Shown here: positions 1 through 12,075 of the stretch, piece by piece
Layout of the letters: each line of letters opens with the position of its first letter
Numbering within the stretch: the first letter of the stretch is position 1
Assembly (NCBI GenBank): GCA_964016885.1
Contig: OZ024741.1
Span: 76,074,001 to 76,138,000 of the forward strand
Direction of reading: 5' to 3'
DNA: 64,000 nucleotides
Source of the DNA: Eledone cirrhosa
Taxonomy: Eukaryota
The notes under the pieces: generated by a model
What the model was told of the DNA's origin: nothing
The model's input: the letters and a program-made list of their open reading frames with translations, nothing else
Databases searched by the model: none
Made by a program: the position numbers and the translations under genes

Positions 1-2596
1 TCTACACACTGTAGTATATATATAGTCAACATCTACACACTGTAGTATATATATAATCAACATCTACACACTGTAGTCTATCTATAGTCAACATCTACAC
101 ACTGTAGTCTACCTATAGTCAACATCTACACACTGTAGTCTATATATAGTTAACATCTACACTCTGTAGTATATATATAGTCAACATCTACACACTGTAG
201 TCTATATATAGTCAACATCTACACACTGTAGTCTATATATAGTCAACATCTACACACTGTAGTCTATATATAGTTAACATCTACACACAGTAGTCTATAT
301 ATAGTTAACATCTACACATTGTAGTATATATATAGTCAACATCTACACACTGTAGTCTATATATAGTTAACATCTACACTCTGTAGTATATATATAGTTA
401 ACATCTACACACAGTAGTCTATATATAGTCAACATCTACACACTGTAGTCTATATATAGTCAACATCTACACACTGTAGTATATATATAGTCAACATCTA
501 CACACTGTAGTATATATATAATCAACATCTACACACTGTAGTCTATCTATAGTCAACATCTACACACTGTAGTCTATCTATAGTCAACATCTACACACTG
601 TAGTCTATATATAGTTAACATCTACACTCTGTAGTATATATATAGTCAACATCTACACACTGTAGTCTATATATAGTCAACATCTACACACTGTAGTCTA
701 TATATAGTCAACATCTACACACTGTAGTCTATATATAGTTAACATCTACACACAGTAGTCTATATATAGTTAACATCTACACATTGTAGTATATATATAG
801 TCAACATCTACACACTGTAGTCTATATATAGTTAACATCTACACTCTGTAGTATATATATAGTTAACATCTACACACAGTAGTCTATATATAGTCAACAT
901 CTACACACTGTAGTCTATATATAGTCAACATCTACACACTGTAGTCTATATATAGTTAACATCTACACACTGTAGTCTATATATAGTCAACATCTACACA
1001 CTGTAGTATATATATAGTCAACATCTACACACTGTAGTATATATATAGTCAACATCTACACACTGTAGTCTATATATAGTTAACATCTACACACTGTAGT
1101 CTATATAGTTAATATCTACACACTGTAGTCTATATATAGTCAACATCTACACACTGTAGTCTATATATAGTCAACATCTACACATTGTAGTCTATTATAT
1201 AGTTAACATCTACACACTGTAGTATATATATATAGTCAACATCTACACACTGTAGTCTATATATAGTTAACATATATACACTGTAATCTATATATAGTTA
1301 ACATCTACACACTGTAGTCTATCTATAGTCAATATCTACATGCTGTAATCTATATATAGTCAACATCTACACACTGTAGTATATATATATAGTCAACATC
1401 TACACATTGTAGTATATATATATAGTCAACATCTACACACTGTAGTTTATATATATAGTCAACATCTACACACTGTAATATATATAGTCAAGATCTACAC
1501 ACTGTAGTCTATCTATAGTCAATATCTACACACTGTAGTATATATATAGTCAACACCTACACATTGTAGTCTATATATAGTCAACATCTACACACTGTAG
1601 TCTATATATAGTCAACATCTACACACTGTAGTCTATCTATAGTTAACATCTACAGACTGTAGTCTATATATAGTCAACATCTACACACTGTAGTCTATAT
1701 ATAGTCAACATCTACACACTGTAGTCTATTATATAGTCAACATCTACACACTGTAGTCTATCTATAGTTAACATCTACAGACTATAGTCTATATATAGTC
1801 AACATCTACACACCGTAGTCTATCTATAGTCAACATCTACACACTGTAGTCTATCTATAGTCATCATCTACACCCTGTAGTCTATATATAGTCAACATCT
1901 ACACACTGTAGTCTATATATAGTCAACACCTACACACTGTAGTCTATATATAGTTAACATCTACACACTGTAGTCTATATATAGTCAACATCTACACACT
2001 GTAGTCTATATATAGTCAACACCTACACACTGTAGTCTATATATAGTCAACATCTACACTCTGTAGTCTATATATAGTCAACATCTACACACTGTAGTCT
2101 ATATATAGTCAACATCTACACACTGTAGTCTATATATATAGTCAACACCTACACACTGTAGTCTATATATAGTCAACATCTACACACTGTAGTCTATATA
2201 TAGTTAACATCTACAGACTGTACTCTATATAGTTAACATCTACACACTGTAGTATATATATATAGTCCATATCTACACACTGTAGTCTATTATATAGTCA
2301 ACATCTACACATTGTAGTCTATTATATAGTCAACATCTACACATTGTAGTATATATATAGTCAACATATACACACTGTAGTATATATATAGTCAATATCT
2401 ACACATTGTAGTCTATTATATAGTCAACATCTACACACTGTAGTATATATATAGTCAACATCTACACATTGTAGTATATATATAGTCAATATCTACACAC
2501 TGTAGTCTATATATAGTCAACATCTACACACTGTAGTCTATTATATAGTCAACATCTACACATTGTAATCTATTATATAGTCAACATCTACACACA
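1..2596. repeat. 31-bp tandem satellite, consensus TCTACACACTGTAGTCTATATATAGTCAACA, running off the left edge
   Basis: About 83 near-identical adjacent units read directly. Each unit has two internal palindromes, CTACA-cac-TGTAG and CTATATATAG. Confidence 0.97.
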
Positions 2597-3218
2597 GGCC
2601 GTAAAACATTGCTTCAAAGAGAATCCCGTAATGTTCCACATTAATCCTTTCTCCGGCAAGAAAATAACCTTAAAATACTTGAAGTTAGCCGGTACTATCT
2701 AGAAATATACTAAAAGTGACACAAAACAGTTTTCGTACGTTTTTCAACACCTAAATAGACTTCTTTCCTGATATAACTGTTTCTTTCTGTTTGGTGTTCA
2801 ATAAGTTTTTTTTCTTTTGTTTTATTCCTTGCCTGTCTTTTCTTTCATTTCTTTCCTTGCATGAATGTTCTATTCGATGTATTAAACTAAGAATATAACA
2901 TTTTGGTTATTCATTTGTTTATACAAATAATTCCAACACCTCACGATCTGTCTAGACAGTTGTCAACATATAAAAGGTCATGGACACCGCCCTTTTCTCC
3001 CCGATAACAAAAATAATTATAAAACACAATACTAGAAACATTCCTTGGTGTGGCAATACCGCTATTTGGGAAGCATTAAACCAAATCCAGCGCTTCGCTT
3101 TTCGTGTGTAAATGCTGCCAACGTATGTTTATCGTACTTCTGAAATAAATAGGTGTGTCATTAAAATACATACATACGTACGTACATACGTGCATAACAT
3201 ACATACATACACACACGA

Positions 3219-3651
3219 AGGCTGCCCCCTCGTTATCGAGTATGGCCATTGCACGTTATACCATTATTAATTATTATTAATTAATTCTATCGTGCAATGC
3301 CTGTGCGTGAAGATATTTTTTAAAGTGAGGAAAGACTGTGCACTGAGCCAATCCCACTCTCTGAGCGACAGTAGCTATAACCCGAAAAAAAGAAAAGATC
3401 AACATCATCGGTAACTACTGAGCCGCAGATTTTATATTGGAGTTATCACAGTTTCCTGAGTTGGCTTCTCTTAGGAGAATGCCCTGACAAAGGATGTGGG
3501 TCCTTCACTCCCAGTGGTTTAACCATGCGGTACATGTGTATATAGATATTTACACACTTTTGGATGGCCGTTGACTCTTATGGGTTCTTCCGCCCTTTGT
3601 CAGGTTTTGTTTTTGTCCTGCAGGGTGTCCAAAATCACCCTCCTCACCAAG
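3219..3651 (-). mobile_element. RTE-derived non-autonomous (bipartite SINE-like) element, subfamily A, partial
   Basis: Shares the 3' terminus TGGCCATACTCGATAACG..GGCAGCC with the RTE fragment ending at 8181. Homologous to 12076-12575. Flanked by (CATA)n. Confidence 0.7.
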
Positions 3652-3686
3652 TAAACATACATACATACATACATACATACATACAT

Positions 3687-3945
3687 AAATGTTTGCATCT
3701 AATAACTGCATATACACATGTACAGATACAAAGCATATACACATGCACACATACAACTCAAAACATACGCATCCACACATACAATAACATCCATATCTAC
3801 ACATGCATGCATACATACATATCTACCTAGTTGATGTTGTGTAAATTCCAATGAGAGAGTCTTGTGTCTATGTTAGAAACCGACTCTCTCTCTATTGGTA
3901 AAACTTTGTGAAATTATAAAACCAGAAGAACATACATACATACAT
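3687..3945 (+). repeat. Direct repeat, copy 1 (copy 2 at 9001-9257; partial inverted relative at about 13803-13925)
   Basis: Near-identical sequence from TTGCATCTAATAACTGC to AAACCAGAAGAACATAC at both places. Confidence 0.92.
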
Positions 3946-6900
3946 AAAATGGCGACCGTTGTGGTCAGTGTCCGATAATCGGACGTGTGTAATTACGGCT
4001 TACATGAAGGCAACATACCATATATTGGAAAAAGTTGAGCTACATTACGCGGTAAGATTACATACAATAATTCTACATAAGTGTTTGAACTGTAAGTGTG
4101 TTGTAAAACACCTATTTATATGAACGATACATACACTTATGATATATGAACGATACATACACTTTAACATATAAATGCAACGTTGTTATATTACATTTAT
4201 AAAGAAATATACAAGTAACGTTTTCGATTCAGAAACAAAAATATAAGTGTTTGAACTGTGAATATGTTGTGAATAGGTTGTAGAACACCTATTTATATGA
4301 GTGATACATAAACTTTAACATATAAATACAGCGTTGTTATATTATATTACATTCATAAAGGAATATACTAAGTAACGGTTCTTTTTGTTGTCGATTCAAA
4401 CGATTCAAGAACAACGTTTAAAACACAGTTGTAGAATTAAAAACTAACTGAAAAGAAATATTACCCAAGCTGTGAATAACTTTAAATTTGATTCTGACAG
4501 AACTTTGTCGTAACTTTTAAAGAAGATCATCGACTATTTTGAAAAATAAATACGAAATATTAGTGAATAGACGAACTCATCATGGCAAAAAGTACAAGTC
4601 TCCTTCGACCAAATCGCAATTACAACCGTTGTACACAGTGGAGCTACGAGCTTAACAAAGTATTATATGAAGCATACAAACAATCTGAACCCCAAAAGTT
4701 CGGTTTTATGCAAAGGCTAAAAACTTTATGGAACTCCAAACACCCAGAATTAGACTTTTCTCCAAAACATTTAAATGAACAGGCAAAACGTATCATTAGA
4801 TGTAAATTGATACATCTAACGGAATTGAGTGATACTACAAATACAGCCCTTGTAGACAACCACCCCACCTCCACTGACAGACAAAGAGAATGGCCAGCTA
4901 AATCTAACAGTGAACAACTCATCAACAATTTTGCTGAAATCCATCCCACTTCCACTGAAGAACAGCGAGAAAGGTCAGCTGACTCTAGTAGTAATTGTCA
5001 CCGCATCAACAACGAGGCTGAAATTCATGACTCTACTGAACAAACAGAGCACCAAAAACTTGTGGGCTCCCTACAAGTGATATGGAACGATATGTTTCAA
5101 GAGATACACAGCCTTAATGTGAGTGACAGACCATACAACACGAGAGTCAGTAAAGAACCCACTAAATTGGAATTGGAAGCGGTGAACGAAATAGCTGGCA
5201 GTTATCTGAAGGCTATACGATCTAAAGGTGTAGAAACGACATTTGAAACGCTTAATGTTTTGTTATATGTTTCAGCTGTCACATTGCTATCATATAACAC
5301 ACATCTAAAACCACGCAATCAAGATACAAGCAGAAAGCCTGAACCAGCGTGGATGCGAAATTTAAAATCCAAAATGTTGTCCCTGAGACGAAGTATCTCA
5401 CACATCGCAGTCGTTATGAAATGCAACATAGAGAGCAACCTCACACGACACCAGGAAGACCTAAAGAAAAAGTTAGAGACGATTTGGAGATACAAAATTT
5501 AAAACTTTGAACTCCAAATTACACCAGTTGAAACAACAACTCACAGCTACAACAGAAAGACTGAAATATAAGTCAACAGCACATAAACGACAAGTGCTAA
5601 ATAGATTGTTTGCCAGAGATCCTAAATCAGTTTATCGCAGCTTCGGTGGCAAAAGCTCAATCTCTGTAAATGACACCCCTTCAAAAGAACAGGTTGAGAG
5701 CTACTGGAGATCTGTATGGGAAACGGATGACGGATTCAACAGACAAGCTAATTGGCTAAAAGAACTGGAACAGGACTACTGCCAACATGTCCAGACAAAA
5801 CAATATGACATAGATGGGTCAATACTGGAAACAGCTCTACAGAAAATGTCGAATAGGAAATCACCAGGCCCAGACCTCATTACAGGATACTGGTTGAAGA
5901 ATTTCACTTTCGATCGGCAAGATCTCATACGGCTGTTTACAGAAACCATTAAGGGCACACAAGAACTGCCCAGATGGTTATCAACTGCCTCTACTCTCCT
6001 CATTCCCCAAAATAGCCAAACCACCCTTGCTAAAAATTACCGCCCAATTGCCTGCCAAAACATCATGTATAAATTATATACTGGGTGCCTTAACCTGTTC
6101 TTACAGGATCACTGTGCTACCAACAACATCATAACACCTGAGCAAGCTGGTGGAAAGAGGGAGGTGTGGGGTTGCATAGATCACCTACTAACTAACAAAA
6201 TGATTCAGGAAAGAACAACAAAGAATCGCAGAAACATGACTGTCGTGTGGCTGGACTATCAAAAAGCATTTGATAGTGTACCTCATGGGTGGAATGTTAA
6301 GGCTTTGCAGTTAGCTAAAGTCCCACAACCATTGGTAGCTGCTGTTGAACGCCTGACCAAGAACTGGTACACCAGTTTGATCCTTAGAGGTGAGAAGGAG
6401 CAGGTTAAGACTGATAAGATACATTACCAGAAGGGCATCTTTCAGAGTGATAGCTTGTCAGTGCTACTCTTCGTTCTCTCACTGAATCCACTATCTTACC
6501 TACTCAAGAAACAAGGTGGACAAAGAAGTGGGCCCAGAAGTATCTCCCATCTTTTCTTTGTTGATGACCTGAAGTTGTATGGGCCAAATATCAATGACAT
6601 CAAGAAACAATTGGACCTCATTACACAATTTTCAACCGACATCAAAATGAAATTTGGTGAGTCCAAGTGTGCATATTTGGCAGTAAAACGTGGAAGAGCT
6701 GTGCCCTCCTCTAGAAATCTAGAGATGAACGGCCTGACAATACAACCTCTGCAGTCAGGTGACAACTACAGATATCTTGGACAGGATGAGAATGTCAGAT
6801 ATGATGGACCCATAAATAAGGAGAGAACCAGAACTGAATACCTCAGAAGAGTAAAGAAAATATGGTCATCAGAACTGTCAGCATACAACAAATACATTGC

Positions 6901-8170
6901 CCACAATACTTATGCTGTGCCAATTCTAACGCCAACATTTGGCCTACTGAACTGGTCATTGCAAGAACTAAGTGAGATGGATGTTAGAACTCGAAAACTT
7001 CTCAGTGTTACTGGGAACTTTAACATCAATGGTGATATGGATAGGCTATAATTCTCACGCAAGGAAGGTGGCCGGGGTCTAAAATCAATATTAACAACAT
7101 ATGAGACCCGGATAGTAACACTGAAGCAACACCTTCAACAGAGGAAAAAGGTTGGCAACCATCTTGCCCAGGTTTATGACCATGAAAAAAGAAATATCAT
7201 TAGAATAGCGACTGATCTGGAGGAGAGATATGGAATAAAGCCTGATATAAATCTCTCACCCAGAGAAATCGGAAGATCCTATTCAATGTTCAAACAAGAT
7301 AAAAAAATTGACCAATTTACAGAAAAAGTTGTGCATGGATACTTGAGGCGTAAAACACAGACCATAGAGGGGATAAACCACTCAAAAAGCCTGGCATGGA
7401 GTTCCGACAAGTTTATGACATCACACCTTGAGGGATATCTCTATGCAATACAGGAACAAGAACTCCCTACCAAATATCTGCTGCACAAAAGAGTAGGGCC
7501 AGCAGCTGACAATAAATGTAGGCTATGTAAAACAAAGATCGAGGATGTAAGCCACATTGTTGCCAGCTGCGAAAGAATGTCATCTCGCTACTACCTCCCC
7601 ATGAGACACGATGGGATAGCTAGAACCATCTGGAACGCACTTCGGAAAACAAAATTAACAACAAACGAGGAAGAATATATTGAGACAGATGGCACTAAGG
7701 AGTACTGGTGGAACCTGAATATAAAAACTGCCACCAAATTAAAGCACAACCGGCCTGATATTGTAGTTTGGGACCACACATTGAAAACGTGTTCTGTTGT
7801 GGAGATCAGCTGCCCACTTGATGTAAACGTTGTCAGAAAAATACAGGAGAAGGAGGACATCTACGGACCATTGATGAGGAGTTTACAAATCCAGTATCCA
7901 AGATACACCTTTAGCTTCATACCCATCATTATTGGTGCTACGGGTTATATACCAACCCGCTTGAACCAAAGTATGACTGAACTTGGATTTGCGGACAAAA
8001 AGCGCAGCTCCCTAATTCATAGTCTACAAATGGCTGCGATAGCTGGCACCTTCAAAATTTGCAAAACATTCTTGCGATTCAAGGGATGACAATTTCTTTT
8101 CTTTTACAACCTTGCCACCAGGAAGGTGGCCGGTCAAAAAAATATACTCGAAATTAAGAGAAAGAGAAAA
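3946..8170 (+). mobile_element. Near full-length R4/Dong-clade non-LTR retrotransposon (RT plus restriction-like endonuclease)
   Basis: 5' UTR with an internal duplication (about 4077-4225 and 4243-4378), a single long ORF, an about 80-bp 3' UTR, and (CATA)n at both junctions. Confidence 0.9.
4582..8089 (+). pseudogene. R4/Dong ORF (about 1170 aa) with one frameshift (about 5475) and one in-frame TAA (7049-7051)
   Basis: R4-type N-terminus (W..ELN..LY.AY..S.P...GF..RL..LW). RT motifs YRPIAC, EQAG, WLDYQKAFDSVPH, GIFQSDSLS, FVDDLKLY, YRYLG, then DRL*FSRKEGGRGL read through the stop. CCHC knuckle CRLC..EDVSHIVASC, RHD motif, and PD-(D/E)xK endonuclease NRPDIV..VVEISCP. Confidence 0.92.
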
Positions 8171-8180
8171 CATACATACA

Positions 8181-8966
8181 TGATGGCTGCCCCCACGTTA
8201 TCGAGTATGGCCATTGCACGAGGAAAAAAAAAAAATAATAAAATAAAAAATAAATAAATAAAATAAAATAAAAAATATATATATATATACACACACACAC
8301 ACATTAATAACAATAATAATAATAATAATAATAACAACAATAATAATAACGACAACAACAATAATAATATACATATACATATATATACACACACACACGC
8401 ACACACATAAGCATATATATACACACATGCACACACACGATAGCAACTAACAGCGCTGCGATCGAATGTGGCTTTTTAGCCCAGCCAATGATCTAAAATG
8501 TCTTGCACAGAGTCGGCAACCAAAACATTCACTGGGAATAGTCGGCTGTGGTTGGAGTTTGTGTACTTTTGCATGTCGCTTGAGTCCTCCTGCTGATTTA
8601 CATTCTCTACCACATGTTTGGCAAGCATGATGAGTAGCATCTCCAACAGCAGCCTGGTAGTCAACCACTGGTCTTACTTTATGACTGCGAAGATGACTTT
8701 CGAGTCCAGCTTTGCTTAGGCAGAGTCTCGCACAGACGCTGCATGTCAGCACCATAGGAGGACCCTCGCCGTCTGGAAGTGCAACAGCAATGCCCTTCCT
8801 CACATCCCGCTTTACTTTCTCGTATGCGATTCGAGATGCCTCAAAGGCAACTTTTCCCTCATATACAGTCTTTCTCCATTTATTACGATCAGCAGCAATA
8901 TTTTCCCATGTATCAGCAGAGATGTTAGCGTCTTTCAGAGAGGCTTTCAAGGAATCCTTATACCTC
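8181..8966 (-). mobile_element. 5'-truncated RTE-clade LINE 3' end with three C-terminal C2H2-type zinc fingers and a microsatellite-expanded 3' UTR
   Basis: KRYKDSLKASLK..WE..AADR.KWR is typical of RTE C-termini. Fingers: CSVC..LESHLRSH, CQTC..LKRHAKVH, CRLC..LKSHIRS. Stop at 8447-8449. Terminal motif TGGCCATACTCGATAACGTGGGGGCAGCCATC followed by (TATG)n. Confidence 0.85.
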
Positions 8967-9000
8967 TTACATACATACATACATACATAAAACATTCCAA

Positions 9001-9257
9001 AAATGTTGCATCTAATAACTGCATATACACATGTACAGATACAAAGCATATACACATGCACACATACAACTCAAAACATACGCATCCACACATACAATAA
9101 CATCCATATCTACACATGCATGCATACATACATATCTACCTAGTTGATGTTGTGTAAATTCCAATGAGAGAGTCTTGTGTCTATGTTAGAAACCGTCTCT
9201 CTCTCTATTGGTAAAACTTTGTGAAATTATAAAACCAGAAGAACATACATACATACA
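9001..9257 (+). repeat. Direct repeat, copy 2 of 3687-3945
   Basis: Only a few differences from copy 1 visible by eye. Confidence 0.92.
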
Positions 9258-9304
9258 TACATACATACATACATACATACATACATACATACATACATAC
9301 ATAC

Positions 9305-9914
9305 ATGGTGGCTGCCATCTCGTTTTCGAGTACGGCCACTACTTTATATCCATGTAGGAGAACCCCTACCGATGCGCTGAACGAGTGTGACTTTTTAGTC
9401 CAGCCAGCGACTTGAAAACTCTGGTACAAACACTACACTTGTGACAATTATTGACACATAGTGCTGGGCCCATGGTACCATGTGATGACAAGTGCAGAGA
9501 GATCTCCAGATATAAAGCAATGCCTGTGCCGTGAAGCTTTTATAGTGAGCAAAGGCACTGCACAAAGCCAGTCCCACTCTCTTAACCAAGATGATATTTA
9601 CCAAAAAGAAGAACAAGTCAACATCATTGGATACCATCAGGGTTGCAGGTGTTATATCAGAGTTTTCCTTCTCCTAGAATTCTGCCTTGACAAAGGCTAA
9701 GGGGTCATCTCTCCCAGTGATTTTAGATGGCCATTGACTCTTAAGAGCTCCTTTTCCCTTTGACAGGTTTTGTTTTTAGTCCTGCAGGATGTCCAAAGTC
9801 ACCCTCCTCATCAAGAAACCTTGGTGGGGTTGCCAGTTTAGTCGCCAACGACCCGACCATGGGACAGGTTGTACTGGGATACATGTTACCAGTAGCACCA
9901 ACTGGTGACCTGAC
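9305..9914 (-). mobile_element. Full-length (about 610 bp) RTE-derived non-autonomous element, subfamily B
   Basis: Highly similar to 51690-52296 and 38238-38638. Contains the RTE 5'UTR-like motif CTAGGAGAAGGAAAACTCTGA and an RTE-like 3' terminus. (CATA)n on both sides. No ORF with recognisable motifs. Confidence 0.8.
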
Positions 9915-10146
9915 ACAACATACATACATACATACATACATACATACATACATACATACATACATACATACATACATACATACGTAGCGATAGAATTTAT
10001 TTTGATGAAGCTCGAGAGATCAGTTCTCTTGTGGATGACTGAAGTGAAGTAAACCTTTATATATAAAGTAAATCATTTATTCTTGTTATTTCATCTAACA
10101 ATCATGTTAATCATCCAACTACAACTACTAATACCCTTCGTTAAAT

Positions 10147-10163
10147 TGGTGAACCCGACGTGA
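10147..10163 (+). promoter_or_regulatory. Primer-binding site complementary to the tRNA-Trp 3' end
   Basis: TGGTGAACCCGACGTGA, one mismatch from the usual Trp PBS TGGTGACCCCGACGTGA, 1 nt after the LTR end. Confidence 0.8.
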
Positions 10164-10691
10164 ATAATAAATTAAAAAAAAAAGAAAATACGAAGTGGTA
10201 TTTTAAAAACAGAAAACAACACGCAAACTTTTTTTCAACATGGCCAACATCTACAACCTTCTCAGCAATATATAATTACCAAGCTTCTCATCTATATGGT
10301 GCGATATGATAAAACTTCACGTTTTCAGATTATTCACCAAACTTCCATTCTACGGAATATTTACAGTGACTTCGCTTTTATGTTTCGATTCATTACCAAA
10401 CACTTTACCACGTACTTCGTAATCTCCAACAACAACAACAACAGACAATACTACTAGCTTCCTAGCAAGAAAACGATCACATAAAGAAGAGAAAACTGAA
10501 CTTTTTGTAAAGAACAATTATATAAATATAAAAAAAAAATTTTTTACAGGTTATATATGAACGTTCATTTTTTTTTTTTTTTTACTGTATTATATGCCTG
10601 CATCAAACACACATCATTTTCTTTGTCACACACCAACATGTTTTTGTCTATGGTATATTCTGAATTCGGTTAGGTCTCTGCGAGATCACTT

Positions 10692-11026
10692 TTCAACTGA
10701 TCGAGGTACGGCAACAGCTATCAAACACATGAGAAACAACCCATGGGGACTACACGCCTGGACTCACTCAGGCACGCAACTCAAAATTGCACACACTCAT
10801 GTCATAGCGTAAACCTCGACTCACTGGAAAAGCAACTTACGTATGATAATACATTGAGATTCAACGGGTCGAGGTTCGGCAACAGCTATTAAACACATGA
10901 TAAACAACCCACGGGCACTACACGCCTGAACTCACTCAGGCACGCAATTCAAAATTGACCACACTCATGTCATAGCGTAAACCTCGACTCACTGGAAGAG
11001 AATCTTACGTATGATGATACATCGAG
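10692..11026 (+). repeat. Two-copy tandem repeat (about 168 bp) inside the LTR element
   Basis: TCGAGGT.CGGCAACAGCTAT...ACGTATGAT.ATACAT occurs twice. Confidence 0.88.
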
Positions 11027-12075
11027 AGAAATAGTCCTGTGTTATCATATCGTAATCCGATACCGTAACCCCAACGTTCAGCCATCCATACACAACAGTT
11101 CGAAATACATGATCACAACTTTGTATATTTACAGTTTCTTCTAAATGTTACACACACACATACATACACAGTTATACGATTATTTTTTTCTCTCTCCTAA
11201 TTTCTCTGCACTCGAAATGCGGGCTTAGAACTCACATTTTGTGTGTTTTGGGACACGCTTCTGGAATCAGATTTCGCTACCCCTTTTATAATCGATCGTT
11301 GCTCCTCCATCGATCTGAGTAGGGAACTAATGTAGCGAAATCTGTCCACGCCTTGAACCTTAGGTGATACGTAAAGGTCAAACTCTAGGCCACCACCCTT
11401 TTGGTGTGAACAGGTTCATGCGTGGGCTATCCCCTTAAGGTGGGAGACAGAAAGCGACAGGTGTATAAAGCCTATATTTTCCCACCTTAAAAACAGAGAG
11501 ATCGGAGCATTACGCTAGCAATAAGCTATCTATGTAAAGATTCACCGCTACCTTCAGGCCGCAGAGGTCTACAGACCTTTACTCGCTCTCTCTCTCTCTC
11601 TTGGTCGCAGACTACACCAGCCTCATGAATCAACAACAAAATAACATTGTCAACCTTCGCAACTCGTGGTAACTTGTTTATTGTTCTTTTTGACTGAAGT
11701 GAAGTAAACCTTTATATATAAAGTAAATCATTTATTCTTGTTATTTCATCTAACAACCATGTTAATCCATCCAACTACAACTACTAATACCCTTCGTTAA
11801 ACTAGAGCAACTCCGTATGATGTTTGTCCTTCCGAGAAACGAGAGCAGAATGTCCTTAAGAAAATCTTATTTCCTATAAGCTGGAACTGACCTCAGTTTC
11901 TCACGACTAAGTTGCTTCAGAGATAAAGAAAAAATGAACATCGTGTTGTCCAGGGTCAGTGTAGTGGAGACCTGACCTAATTTGTTGAGAGTTCAACTTA
12001 CTGCTATACATACATACATACATACATACATACATACATACATACATACATACATACATACATACATACATACAT

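Larger units (their letters stand above)
10037..11801 (+). mobile_element. Non-autonomous LTR retrotransposon (TRIM/LARD-like): truncated 5' LTR 10037-10145, non-coding interior, full 3' LTR 11331-11801
   Basis: About 110-bp direct repeat (10037-10145 and 11692-11801). PBS directly after the first copy. Purine-rich tract GAGTAGGGAA before TGTAGCG at 11331. Related solo LTR at 14244-15104. Confidence 0.85.

Noticed and set aside
1-2596. CRISPR-like regular 31-bp palindromic repeats
   Set aside because: Units are contiguous with no unique spacers, there are no cas genes, and the context is eukaryotic.
9790-9914. Twister ribozyme interpretation of the structured 5' end
   Set aside because: UAA and GGAGGG-like pieces exist, but the L4 pseudoknot partners could not be assigned.
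9395-9987. Recurrent 65-80 aa ORFs also seen at 38.3 kb and 51.6-52.4 kb
   Set aside because: Recurrence reflects repeat copies. There are no domain motifs and the starts are mostly non-ATG or lie in microsatellite.
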